A model generated the notes under the pieces. It was not told the origin of the DNA. It worked only from the letters and a program-made list of their open reading frames with translations, and did not search any database. A DNA stretch of 64,000 nt, from contig CAYVMN010000001.1 in NCBI GenBank assembly GCA_964452575.1, forward strand, positions 3,925 to 67,924. The letters run 5' to 3'. The translations under genes and the position numbers were made by a program. Positions 9,851 to 19,199 of this stretch are shown piece after piece; within the stretch, counting starts at the first letter, position 1, and each line of letters starts with the position of its first letter. The stretch comes from an uncultured Desulfobacteraceae bacterium (GTDB lineage Bacteria > Desulfobacterota > DSM-4660 > Desulfatiglandales > Desulfatiglandaceae).

Positions 9851-10623
9851 GCTTTTTTTTCGTAGAAATCGTGGTGCCCTGTTACAATGAGGTGGAGCGT
9901 TTGGACGGCGACCGCTTTCTGGCTTGGTTGTCGAACCATCATCACTATCTTTTTCGGTTTGTGAATGATGGCAGCACCGATGGCACCCTATCCTGTCTGA
10001 AAGCACTGGCTGCAGCCAATCCAGCCCAGGTGCGGGTTCATGATTTGCGGTCCAATGCCGGCAAGGCCGAGGCCGTAAGGCGTGGGCTATTGGCGATTTT
10101 GGCGGCTGGTGCGGCCACGTATATGGGTTATTTTGATGCCGACCAATCGACTCCCCTGACGGAACTCCCGAGGCTGGTCAAGGCCCTGGAAAATAGGCCT
10201 CATTGCCGAATGGCGCTGGGGTCCAGGGTTCTGCTGATGGGACGTGATATCCAGCGAAAAGCAGGCCGTCACTACCTGGGACGTCTCTATGCTACCCTGG
10301 CCTCCCTTGTGCTGGACCTGCCGGTTTATGATACACAGTGCGGCGCCAAAGTGATGCGGGTTTGCCCCGACTGGTGCCAGTTGCTTGCCTCGCCCTTCTC
10401 GACCCGATGGGTCTTCGATGTAGAGTTGATTTCCCGTCTGGTGCGTTTTGACCGTAAGATGCGACCGGATGACAACCCCCGGACTTTGCTAGTGGAAGTT
10501 CCTGTTTATCGCTGGGTGGATATACGCGGCTCCAAGGTCACGGCCCTTGACGGGCTGGTCGCTCTTGCCGATCTGGCCCGCCTTTATTTTGTGCACCGTC
10601 GCCGATGGCGAGCCGGAGCATAG
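9847..10623 (+). CDS. GT2 polyprenyl-phosphate glycosyltransferase (ArnC/DPM1-like)
   Basis: 258 aa with the GT2 motifs VVPCYNE, NDGSTDGT and FDADQSTP. The GTG start overlaps the upstream TGA (GTGA at 9847-9850), which indicates translational coupling to the ArnT-like gene. Confidence 0.8.
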   Translation: MSFFFVEIVVPCYNEVERLDGDRFLAWLSNHHHYLFRFVNDGSTDGTLSCLKALAAANPAQVRVHDLRSNAGKAEAVRRGLLAILAAGAATYMGYFDADQSTPLTELPRLVKALENRPHCRMALGSRVLLMGRDIQRKAGRHYLGRLYATLASLVLDLPVYDTQCGAKVMRVCPDWCQLLASPFSTRWVFDVELISRLVRFDRKMRPDDNPRTLLVEVPVYRWVDIRGSKVTALDGLVALADLARLYFVHRRRWRAGA

Positions 10624-10686
10624 GCCCCTGAAATCATGCTCCCAAGGGATGAAACCAAGACCCCGAAAACGTGTTCAAGCCTCTTC

Positions 10687-12261
10687 TCACATCTTCTCCC
10701 GCAACCCGATTGCCAGAAATGTGGTCGAAAAGGCCACCAGGCTGTAGGCAACCCAAGACAATGGGCCCATCGGATCGGCCCATGTCAGCAGCGTGCAGAG
10801 GGCCATGACCAGGATCGGCATGAGGCATGCCTCGGCAGTTGCCCCCGCCAACCTGGCCGTATCCACCGGATGGACAGACCGCCAAACTTCCATGAGGATA
10901 AAGGCTGAACCGAGGGCCGCCATCATCCATGCTGCTTTCGGGAATCCGCCGGTACAAGCCGCGCCAATGCCGCAGATCGCGGCCCCTGCCCCATAGACCC
11001 CTCTGAGGGTCTCTTGAAGCCCATCTCCTATCGCCGCCTTCAGGAGCCCTGATCCGAGGATGACGAGTTTAAGCCCTACCCAGATTGCGACCGCGATGGT
11101 GAAGGCCCGGACCCCCCACAGATTTCGGGGAAAGGCAATCGCACAAAAGAAAATGATCTCCATCAGCAGGAGCGCGGAAAGTAAGGGTTGGCCCTTTGCC
11201 AGTCTAGGGGCAACCCTCCATCCGGGGTGTAGCTCATGGGCCCAGCGAAGCCATGAGGTCTGGACCAAGGGAATGAGTGCCAGAGACAAGATGGTCTGGA
11301 GGTTGCAGTTCCAATGCCGAAAGAAGAAGACCCGGAGGAGCACCGTTGCGGCGAAGGCGCATAGGGTCAAGACAAACCACAGGTCGAAAAGGCCTGGGTA
11401 ACGTTTGGGGACCTGGCTGTGGTTGTGCGTATTGGCCTGATTTGGGACTTGGCGCGGTGTAAGGGAGAGGGCGAAGGTGAGCAGGCAGGCTGCGGCCAGG
11501 GAGAGAGAACTGGTGACGATGTTCATCCATGGGCGGGCCAGAAAGGCATAGAGATACCCGTTCACTACCAGGCTCAATACCCCTACAACCAAAAAGGCCG
11601 GCATCCAACCAAGGATAACCGCTGCGAGGGGGCTTTGTTCTGCTATCGCGGCCTGCACCTTCGCTGTAAGGAGGATCAATGTTACCAGCAGAACAGATAG
11701 GATCACCGTCTGTTTCACAAGGAGAGGCCATCCGTCAGGAAGCCAGGCAGGGAGAAGGCTGAGCCACGGTCTTAGGGCATTGGAGCCCAGGACCAACAGA
11801 AGGAGAGAGAAAAGGATAAAGGTAGTGGGCGTTGTCCTGCCTGGCTTGCGCGACGGGAACAGCCGGACCAGGATAATCCCCGTTGCGAGCAGGGTCTCAA
11901 TGCCGGCTATTCGGAGGATGATCCCTGAGAGGCTCTCCCCAGCTCGGGGCCACCAGTAGGCAGGGAGCAAACCGGCCTCAATGCACCACACGGCCGCAAC
12001 TGAAGGCCGGCGGAGCAACTGTTTCACTGCCCGAACACTGGGACGCAGGCAAAGGGCGGAAACAATCCAACCAAGGGCCCCTGCCTGCAGAAGCGGAATG
12101 GAGGCATACTGCGCCACGACCTCGAGGCGCAGGTCGATTATCCGCCACACGAGCACAAAAAGAAGTCCGTGCGCAAGAATGTAAGAGGCGGTCAGCAAAA
12201 GCCAAAACCGCACCACAATATCCATGGGCAATCTTGTGAAAGGCAAATGGGCGAACGGCAA
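10687..12261 (-). CDS. polytopic membrane protein of unknown function
   Basis: 524 aa and almost entirely hydrophobic segments (more than 12). Lies 54 nt downstream of the IPTL-CTERM protein gene on the same strand. No motif recognised. Confidence 0.6.
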   Translation of the reverse strand: MPFAHLPFTRLPMDIVVRFWLLLTASYILAHGLLFVLVWRIIDLRLEVVAQYASIPLLQAGALGWIVSALCLRPSVRAVKQLLRRPSVAAVWCIEAGLLPAYWWPRAGESLSGIILRIAGIETLLATGIILVRLFPSRKPGRTTPTTFILFSLLLLVLGSNALRPWLSLLPAWLPDGWPLLVKQTVILSVLLVTLILLTAKVQAAIAEQSPLAAVILGWMPAFLVVGVLSLVVNGYLYAFLARPWMNIVTSSLSLAAACLLTFALSLTPRQVPNQANTHNHSQVPKRYPGLFDLWFVLTLCAFAATVLLRVFFFRHWNCNLQTILSLALIPLVQTSWLRWAHELHPGWRVAPRLAKGQPLLSALLLMEIIFFCAIAFPRNLWGVRAFTIAVAIWVGLKLVILGSGLLKAAIGDGLQETLRGVYGAGAAICGIGAACTGGFPKAAWMMAALGSAFILMEVWRSVHPVDTARLAGATAEACLMPILVMALCTLLTWADPMGPLSWVAYSLVAFSTTFLAIGLREKM

Positions 12262-12315
12262 ACGACCATAAGGCTAGGGGCAACTCATATGCCCTGAGAT
12301 CCCCCTTAGCCCCGT

Positions 12316-13188
12316 TTAGGCCGGTGTAGCGAAACCCCTTTTTCGCAAGTAGTGGAGACCCAGAATCAATAAGATCACGGTGAATGCCGCTAAACCCCAC
12401 TCGGTTAGGGTAGGAATCGGTGGCCCTGATGCCCCTGCAAGGGGGGTCCCCAGGGTCCCTATGAAATCCGTATCCGCGACCCCATCACCATTGATATCCG
12501 GGATCACCGTATTCTTGCCATCCACCTTTCCCATGGGGATCCAGATCTGGGTGTTCTTGTTGGCAGCTCCGCAGGCCTGCATGTCGGTGGCCACAGAGGC
12601 AAGGTTGGCCACACCGATATAGCCGGACTGCTCCACCAGTGAGAGCCTCACATTTACTGGCTGGATGTTTCCATTCACCATCTTTGAGCCCGTGAAGAGC
12701 ACCTGATCATAGTAGTCACTGGTAGGATCGGATTTCTCCAGGATGCCGACGCCGTTGTCGTTGGGCCACCCTAATCCCCCGGTATATGTAGCACCAATGG
12801 GGTGGCCAGCACCATCGAATAGATCGATGACCACGCTGCGGCCCCAATGCTTGAACTGGTCATATTTCCCTGCTGCGGCGTTCATCACAGCCTGAATCAT
12901 AAAGTCGTCATTGCCCCAATGGGCGCAGGGCCTCCATGGGCTCTGCACAAAGATACCAGTGGGATACATGCTGCTGTCCCACATCGGATAGGCCTGTTCC
13001 CCGGTACCAGGACCAGTGCCTTGGGTATCTACTCTCCCTGGCAGGGTGTTTGCGTTCATATTGGGCGGACCAAAGAAAGGGGGTTCAATCTGCTGCACCG
13101 CTGCCACCGCGGGAAAGGCCATGAAGCCAAGGATTACGGTAATCGCCCCTATGAGAGACCAGGATCTTGCCCTTTGAATCATGATCAA
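12316..13188 (-). CDS. secreted protein with IPTL-CTERM (IPTLxxWG) sorting signal
   Basis: 290 aa. N-terminal signal peptide (...LGFMAFPAVAAVQQ). C-terminus is PPIPTLTEWGLAAFTVILLILGLHYLRKRG, that is IPTLxxWG plus a TM helix plus a basic cluster. Contains an internal DINGDGVADTD Ca-binding-like loop. Confidence 0.8.
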   Translation of the reverse strand: MIMIQRARSWSLIGAITVILGFMAFPAVAAVQQIEPPFFGPPNMNANTLPGRVDTQGTGPGTGEQAYPMWDSSMYPTGIFVQSPWRPCAHWGNDDFMIQAVMNAAAGKYDQFKHWGRSVVIDLFDGAGHPIGATYTGGLGWPNDNGVGILEKSDPTSDYYDQVLFTGSKMVNGNIQPVNVRLSLVEQSGYIGVANLASVATDMQACGAANKNTQIWIPMGKVDGKNTVIPDINGDGVADTDFIGTLGTPLAGASGPPIPTLTEWGLAAFTVILLILGLHYLRKRGFATPA

Positions 13189-13382
13189 GACCTCCTTTCA
13201 CATCCGGATCATCCGGGCTTCGGTGTCATTTTATCATTGAGAAACACCAGCATCACTCAGACGGCGCGACTATGACAAAATAGAACTCCGCTGTCAAGAA
13301 AATTAGGTCCACCCAAACAATACCTTTTGGATTTTTTACAGCTGTGGTATCGTGAGCACCGGAGGCGCCTTGGCTGAGACCC

Positions 13383-14822
13383 ATGAACAGGCAAAACGCC
13401 ATGGATGGATCAATGATAAGAAAGATCGCCCTCATCGAACCCACCACCGATATTCCCAACATCTATTCCTTGACCATTTCACCGCGTCTGGGACTGCCTG
13501 CTATCGGTACCATCCTGAAGAGCAGGGGATACGAGGTTGATATTTTTGTCGAAGGGATCAAGGCCCCGGCCATCAAAGAGCTTCTTGAATACGATCTGAT
13601 CGGGGTCTCGGTTTTGTCCAATACCGCCAACCGAGGGTATTCGTATGCGAAGAGGCTCAAGAAATATGGAACCAAGATCGTTCTGGGAGGACCTCACGTA
13701 ACGTTTCTCCCGGAAGATGGCCTAAGACACGCCGATTTTGTCGTTCGTGGCGAAGGTGAGGAGACCCTGCCCGAGTTGATTGATGCCCTAAACAACCACA
13801 GGCCTCTCGATAGCGTTCAGGGTCTTTCCTATCGGGAAAACGGCCTTATCAATCACAACCCGGAGAGAGGGTTCAAATCCTACTATCTGGACGTGACTCC
13901 TGACCTCGGCCTGATCAAAGGTGTCAAGAGATTTTCTCGGGGGCTTTTGTCAAGATACCGATTCATACCGATGGTGTATACCTCAAGAGGATGTCCATTC
14001 CATTGCCGCTACTGCACCATTGCCGGATTTGCCGGGAGGAAGCCCCGTTATCGTTCCTTGAAAAGGTGTCTGGAAGACATCAGACACACCACCGCACTTA
14101 CGCGAAAAGACATCGGTATCGCTGATGATAATTTCACCATGGATATGCAGAGGACAAAGACCTTCCTGAGAAATTTGATTTCTCTGAGACTTCCCAGGCA
14201 ATATACCTTCATGACCCAGATCAAAGTCAATGCCTTTGGGGATGAGGAACTTTTGGCCCTGTTGCGGGATGCCAATTTCGAACTCCTTCATGTGGGCTAT
14301 GAATCCATCAGTGATCATACCCTGCGAGACTGGAAAAAAGAGCAGTCTATGGATGAGATGGTCCGCAGCGTAGAGCAGGCAAGAAAATACCATCTAAAAA
14401 TCAATGGGATGTTTGTGGTGGGCTCCGACCATGACACGGAAGAAACGGTTCAAGAGACAACCGATTTCGCCATTGAAAGCGGTTTGGCCGTCATGCAGAT
14501 GTGGATCCTGACCCCTCTTCCCGGTTCTGACATATTCCGCCAGACGTGGGTTGAAAACAGGATCTTCAACAGACAGTGGCGCCATTATGATTGCCAGCAT
14601 TCCGTGTTTTTTCCCCTTCGAATAAGACCCAGCCGGCTGCAAAGGGCGGTGAGGATGGCCAATAAACGATTTTATGACTTCAGGAGGATGTTTGTCCATG
14701 CGCCCGGAAACAGAATCACCTATGGGATGAATGCGCATCTGATGAATCGGTGGATGGGAAAATACGAAAGGACACTGAAAGGCATTGAGGAGGGCTTCTA
14801 TTCAGAGATCATCATTTGTTGA
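13383..14822 (+). CDS. B12-binding-domain radical SAM protein (class B)
   Basis: 479 aa. The N-terminal Rossmann-like cobalamin-domain pattern is present (IGVSVLS..., VLGGPHVTF, VVRGEGEE), followed by YTSRGCPFHCRYCTI (CxxxCxxC). Confidence 0.85.
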   Translation: MNRQNAMDGSMIRKIALIEPTTDIPNIYSLTISPRLGLPAIGTILKSRGYEVDIFVEGIKAPAIKELLEYDLIGVSVLSNTANRGYSYAKRLKKYGTKIVLGGPHVTFLPEDGLRHADFVVRGEGEETLPELIDALNNHRPLDSVQGLSYRENGLINHNPERGFKSYYLDVTPDLGLIKGVKRFSRGLLSRYRFIPMVYTSRGCPFHCRYCTIAGFAGRKPRYRSLKRCLEDIRHTTALTRKDIGIADDNFTMDMQRTKTFLRNLISLRLPRQYTFMTQIKVNAFGDEELLALLRDANFELLHVGYESISDHTLRDWKKEQSMDEMVRSVEQARKYHLKINGMFVVGSDHDTEETVQETTDFAIESGLAVMQMWILTPLPGSDIFRQTWVENRIFNRQWRHYDCQHSVFFPLRIRPSRLQRAVRMANKRFYDFRRMFVHAPGNRITYGMNAHLMNRWMGKYERTLKGIEEGFYSEIIIC

Positions 14823-14846
14823 GGGAAAAACTTTCCAGTTTGAATC

Positions 14847-16736
14847 ATGGGCACACCACGAGGGCCCTCGCCTAAAGAAATGATCATGAGCTATTTTCGC
14901 AATATCTGTCTGATAGAAGCACCCCATATTTCAAAGGCACCCCACGCACAAGGTTCATCGGACCTGACGCAGATCTGTTACCTGGCCTCGGCCCTTCAAG
15001 GGCAGGCAGAGACTGTTTCCATCCCTCTCGATTACTTCAGCCGGAACCCTTTGAAGGAGCTGGAGACACATCTCAAAGACCATTCTGTGGATCTTGTGGG
15101 CATATCCACAATGACCGGTGCCTTCAACAATGCGTTGAGGCTGGCATGCCTTGCCAAACGCTGCGGAAAATATGTGGTTATGGGTGGATACCACCCTTCT
15201 GCCCTGCCGGCCGAAGTCCTTGAATCCCCTTTTGTTGATGCCGCTGTGATCGGTGAAGGAGAAATGACTTTCAGGGACCTAGTAGCGAATGGGCCGAGCA
15301 GGGATGTAAAAGGCCTTGCCTATAAAGAGGCCGGCAAGATAATTGTCAACGACGCTCGGCCTCTGATCGACGATCTTGATTCCATCCCCCACCCTTTGCG
15401 GCGTTTGCGTCCCCAGCGATTTGGGGAGGACGGTGATGATTATTCCATAGACACTGTCTATACCTCCAGGGGCTGCCCCTGGCATTGCACCTTTTGCGCC
15501 AATCACACGGTCAACAAGAGATGGCGAGCACGCAGCCCCGAGAACGTGCTGGAGGAACTGACGGCCCTTCACCGACCGGGAAGAAAGAAGCTCATCAAGA
15601 TCTGGGATGCCAACCTTCTCACCGACGTCGAAAGGGTAGAGAAGATCTTTGATCTCATGGTCAAACAGCGGCTCAGCAATTTCCATATATGGACCGAAGC
15701 ACGGGTAGACGATATCATTCGGGCCGAATCCATCGTCCCCAGGCTTTATGAAGCAGGCCTGAGGGAGGTCTGCCTGGGCATTGAAAGCCCCAGTGGTGAA
15801 ATCCTTCAATTCATAAGAAAAGGCACCACCAAAGACATGTCCCGCAAGGCCGTCCAAATCCTGAGAAGATCCGGCATCAGGGTACAGGGCTATTTCATCA
15901 TAGGACATCATTCGGAGACGCAGGAGGACATAAAGAAATATCCCGAGTATGCGGTGTCCCTGGGACTCAACTATGCCGTCTTCATGCTCATGACTCCCTA
16001 CCCTGACACCCAGGTCTTTGAGGAATACAAAAGGGAGAACAGAATTCGTTCTTCTCATTGGGACCACTACAATAATTTTACCCCGGTGGTAGATACCAGG
16101 GAGATGGACCTGAAGACCCTCACGCGGATGTATGCTTACTGCTATGGCCGATTCCACAAAAAATACCCACCTCTTGCCCGGGAAGGGTTTGCAGGGATGG
16201 TGGCCTATTTGATCGGACGGCTGTATCTCCTCCAGATTGCAGCCCGCGTGAATACGGCCAACAACAGGGAAGATATCAAGGATTTCATCTTTGATGCCAC
16301 CCTAGTCTCCACAGGCAAGGACCTGGAGGGGACAGCGCCCAGGAGAGCACCTCTACTGGTGAAATGGTTTGGCTCCCTCACCATGCGGGTTCGACATTCG
16401 CCTGGCCGCAACGTGGACTTCACGGTCACACCGCTTGGCGGCACCCGACGGGTATCCATATGTGAGACCACAGACACCGGCCCGGTCAAAGGTCCGTTGC
16501 TTGATTTGGAAGAGATTGCAAGGCTCGGCCAAAGGGTTCCTCTGGAAAGGATGGCTGCACACATCCACAAGGGAGGTATCCTGGAGTTGTCTCCACGCCC
16601 AAGTATGAGGAACCTCCGGTTGTTGACCACGGACCCGATTCTCATCGCAGACGCCCTTGTCCTCATCGGTTTCGGCCTCAGGAAAATAGCGGAAGGCCTG
16701 GCGGCCATCTTCTCTCATCCCTTTCGATCCCACTGA
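14847..16736 (+). CDS. B12-binding-domain radical SAM protein (class B) with ~180-aa C-terminal extension
   Basis: 629 aa with VGISTMTG, VMGGYHPSA, VIGEGEMTF and then YTSRGCPWHCTFCAN. It is a paralogue-like neighbour of the previous gene. No motif was recognised in the C-terminal extension. Confidence 0.85.
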   Translation: MGTPRGPSPKEMIMSYFRNICLIEAPHISKAPHAQGSSDLTQICYLASALQGQAETVSIPLDYFSRNPLKELETHLKDHSVDLVGISTMTGAFNNALRLACLAKRCGKYVVMGGYHPSALPAEVLESPFVDAAVIGEGEMTFRDLVANGPSRDVKGLAYKEAGKIIVNDARPLIDDLDSIPHPLRRLRPQRFGEDGDDYSIDTVYTSRGCPWHCTFCANHTVNKRWRARSPENVLEELTALHRPGRKKLIKIWDANLLTDVERVEKIFDLMVKQRLSNFHIWTEARVDDIIRAESIVPRLYEAGLREVCLGIESPSGEILQFIRKGTTKDMSRKAVQILRRSGIRVQGYFIIGHHSETQEDIKKYPEYAVSLGLNYAVFMLMTPYPDTQVFEEYKRENRIRSSHWDHYNNFTPVVDTREMDLKTLTRMYAYCYGRFHKKYPPLAREGFAGMVAYLIGRLYLLQIAARVNTANNREDIKDFIFDATLVSTGKDLEGTAPRRAPLLVKWFGSLTMRVRHSPGRNVDFTVTPLGGTRRVSICETTDTGPVKGPLLDLEEIARLGQRVPLERMAAHIHKGGILELSPRPSMRNLRLLTTDPILIADALVLIGFGLRKIAEGLAAIFSHPFRSH

Positions 16737-16823
16737 GCACCGTCTGCGCGGCGCTATGAAATGGCCTGGCTTTGCTTCCGGTTCCCAGGAGGATGGCCGT
16801 GAATCAAATTAAAAGGGATGCCG

Positions 16824-18791
16824 TCAGCCCTGCACGGGGTCTCCGTACCGTTTGCAGAGGGAATCGAGCTTTGAACGGATTCCCTCTGACAATTCTCTGT
16901 TTGATTCTTGGAACCTGTTCTTTCTGTAGCCTGAAATACTCTCAAGATAATCCTCAAGCCTTTGCCGAAACCGCTTGGTCATGGGCAGGTCAAGCCATCG
17001 ATAGATGCGTTCGACCTCGCCCATGGGATCGACTTCAAGGTCCTCAAAGCGGATACGGGCAAGGCGCCCTTCCGGAAGTTTTGCTGCATCCCTTTCGAAT
17101 CGGTCTTCCATCTTCACGTAGTTGTCCGGAAACCTAGCCTCATAGGATCTGCCGGATTCGGGGTCTTGGAGCTGAAACAACAGAAATCCTTCCTGGGCCA
17201 TGTGCACATTGGATCGGTACACGTGATAAGGATGCCTGCGGATGTGTATAAATTTGGCGTTGGGATACATTTCTTGGAGTAGTCCTAGCCGCCCCGTATT
17301 TACTGGGTTCTTCAATAGGGGCCGCTTTCGGGAAAAAAGGGTCAACCTTTTGAGAAACCCTTCGTATTGCCGTTTCCAGGATTCTCGCTCGCGCTGCGTG
17401 AAACCCTCAGGATGAAGGTATCGGTCATAGCAATCTCCCTGCCTTGGAAAAACAATCCCCCAGTAAGGCGATAGGTGGGTCTGATTCATTAAAGCGAATT
17501 CTTCTTCACTTGGCGAAAACATGTGGACGGGCATAGGATCCATCGGTCTGCGGGGAGGGCTGAATACAAAAAGGGGTAATAGGAGCCAGCCCGTAAAGAG
17601 AGAACCGATGGGGTTCATCACCTGAATCAGCCTAGGAGTAATTAATCGATCATCAAGGGCAAGAAGGTTATGCAGGTGGGTGGTTCCGCTGCGGTGTACG
17701 CCGACAATGAATATGGGATCGGGCACTTCTTTGGTTCGCAGAAAAAGGGGAACTATCAGTCTTTCCGGCAACGTCAACAGGGTATTGAAAAGAGACATGG
17801 ACAAAACCCAAACAAGCCTCGGCACATAGACAACACCTACAAGAAACCGCGCGTGCCGCAGTCTGCCCAACCAGAGATCCATGGGGGCCAGGATGTTCGG
17901 TTGCGCAAAAGGGTAGACCCGCTTTAAATCCTTTGGTATCATCCCACTCGATTCCGACGCCCTGTGCTCACCCCTTTGCCTGAGCACCATGACATATATG
18001 GCAATAGCCAGCCCCAGAACGGCCCGCAGGGCAACTCCTTGCTCCGGATGCCCTTCGGGTATGGTCCAGCGGATCCATTCCGTTGCATATTTGCCGGTCA
18101 TGCGGATAACCGCGCTCTCGTCTGAGATGCGCAGGGCCATCATCCACCCGCTGAGGACCCCCGTGCCCCAGTAGATGTCTCCATGCACAATGCGCATCAT
18201 GCTTAACAAGGCCATGATCATGAAGTGGCCCGTTGCCATGCGCAGGGAGCCTGGCGACAACAGGGGTAAGGAACTTTGAACAGTCTGGCTCAATGAAAAG
18301 AGCAAACCTGTCACTGAGACTGCCACAACGCTGCCGTACCGATCCTTGAATAATCCCAAAACATAACCGCAAAATATGATCTGAATGACGGGAGAGGCAA
18401 CGAGGCCGTCCATGCCCCGAATGAACCCTTGTAGGAATAGCCCCCTATCTCCTCGCATGGATGTCAGATCGAGCAGGCACAGCACCAGAAAATAGGCGAA
18501 GAGCAATGCGAGGCCGATCAGAAAACCGAGGGACCACGACCGCAGCCATCGTCTTTGCGGGACAAAGCCATAGGCTGAAAGCGGTCTCTGTTCAAGGCCC
18601 ATCATCAGCGCCACCAGTCCCAAACCAAGAAAGGCAAACACGCCCCCGCGTCTTGGATCCCACCCGGCCTCATGGACCCCCAATAGCCTGGCTACGGCCA
18701 TGATGATCCCGATGCTGAGGGTCATGCCTGCTATCCAAATGCCAATCTTGGTGATGGGCGAGAGGTGGCGGAAGCTGTTTTTCAGTGTCAT
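16824..18791 (-). CDS. fusion protein: polytopic membrane domain (degenerate CPBP-like?) plus cytosolic sulfotransferase domain
   Basis: 655 aa. The first ~330 aa contain ~8 hydrophobic segments. The C-terminal ~300 aa contain PIFIVGVHRSGTTHLHNLL, the PAPS 5'-phosphosulfate-binding loop of the sulfotransferase family. Confidence 0.75.
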   Translation of the reverse strand: MTLKNSFRHLSPITKIGIWIAGMTLSIGIIMAVARLLGVHEAGWDPRRGGVFAFLGLGLVALMMGLEQRPLSAYGFVPQRRWLRSWSLGFLIGLALLFAYFLVLCLLDLTSMRGDRGLFLQGFIRGMDGLVASPVIQIIFCGYVLGLFKDRYGSVVAVSVTGLLFSLSQTVQSSLPLLSPGSLRMATGHFMIMALLSMMRIVHGDIYWGTGVLSGWMMALRISDESAVIRMTGKYATEWIRWTIPEGHPEQGVALRAVLGLAIAIYVMVLRQRGEHRASESSGMIPKDLKRVYPFAQPNILAPMDLWLGRLRHARFLVGVVYVPRLVWVLSMSLFNTLLTLPERLIVPLFLRTKEVPDPIFIVGVHRSGTTHLHNLLALDDRLITPRLIQVMNPIGSLFTGWLLLPLFVFSPPRRPMDPMPVHMFSPSEEEFALMNQTHLSPYWGIVFPRQGDCYDRYLHPEGFTQRERESWKRQYEGFLKRLTLFSRKRPLLKNPVNTGRLGLLQEMYPNAKFIHIRRHPYHVYRSNVHMAQEGFLLFQLQDPESGRSYEARFPDNYVKMEDRFERDAAKLPEGRLARIRFEDLEVDPMGEVERIYRWLDLPMTKRFRQRLEDYLESISGYRKNRFQESNRELSEGIRSKLDSLCKRYGDPVQG

Positions 18792-19199
18792 CTGATCAAA
18801 CTGGTAATCTTGTTTGGCACGATCCCCGGGGGGAGCAACGCCGGTGCATGGATGTTCATCTCAAAAACGCGTAACATTACATTGTTCCAGGTTCATTCTG
18901 AGAGAATATCTCTCAACAGGTCTTAGCGTGACGTTATTCTTGTGTTTCATGATCACGTCGTCTCTATGATCTGGGAGCCACCGTATGCTAACGTGTTGCC
19001 AGAACGAAAAAGCTCAAGGTGACAGATCGGGCTCCGGCTTGACAGCCCGGGACGGATCTCATAAGATGGTCTTCCATTGTCCCATGGACATGCCCTGGCC
19101 GGCCGAATAGGATGCTATCTTGTAGCAGGCGCCGTGCATTTTTTCAAGATCGCGACAGGTCATGTCATTCGGAACTCTCAACCCTTCCGGCATCCTAAC

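Noticed and set aside
10940-10960. AACTGGF in the 524-aa membrane protein resembling the ESCTGGF catalytic-Cys motif of the exosortase-like ORF
   Set aside because: It is only a pentapeptide match. The downstream N-x-x-R and H-x3-G elements are absent, and the motif sits about 90 aa from the C-terminus. This is insufficient to call a sortase.
15279-16157. 292-aa minus-strand ORF
   Set aside because: Antisense to the second B12-radical SAM gene. No motif. Shadow ORF.
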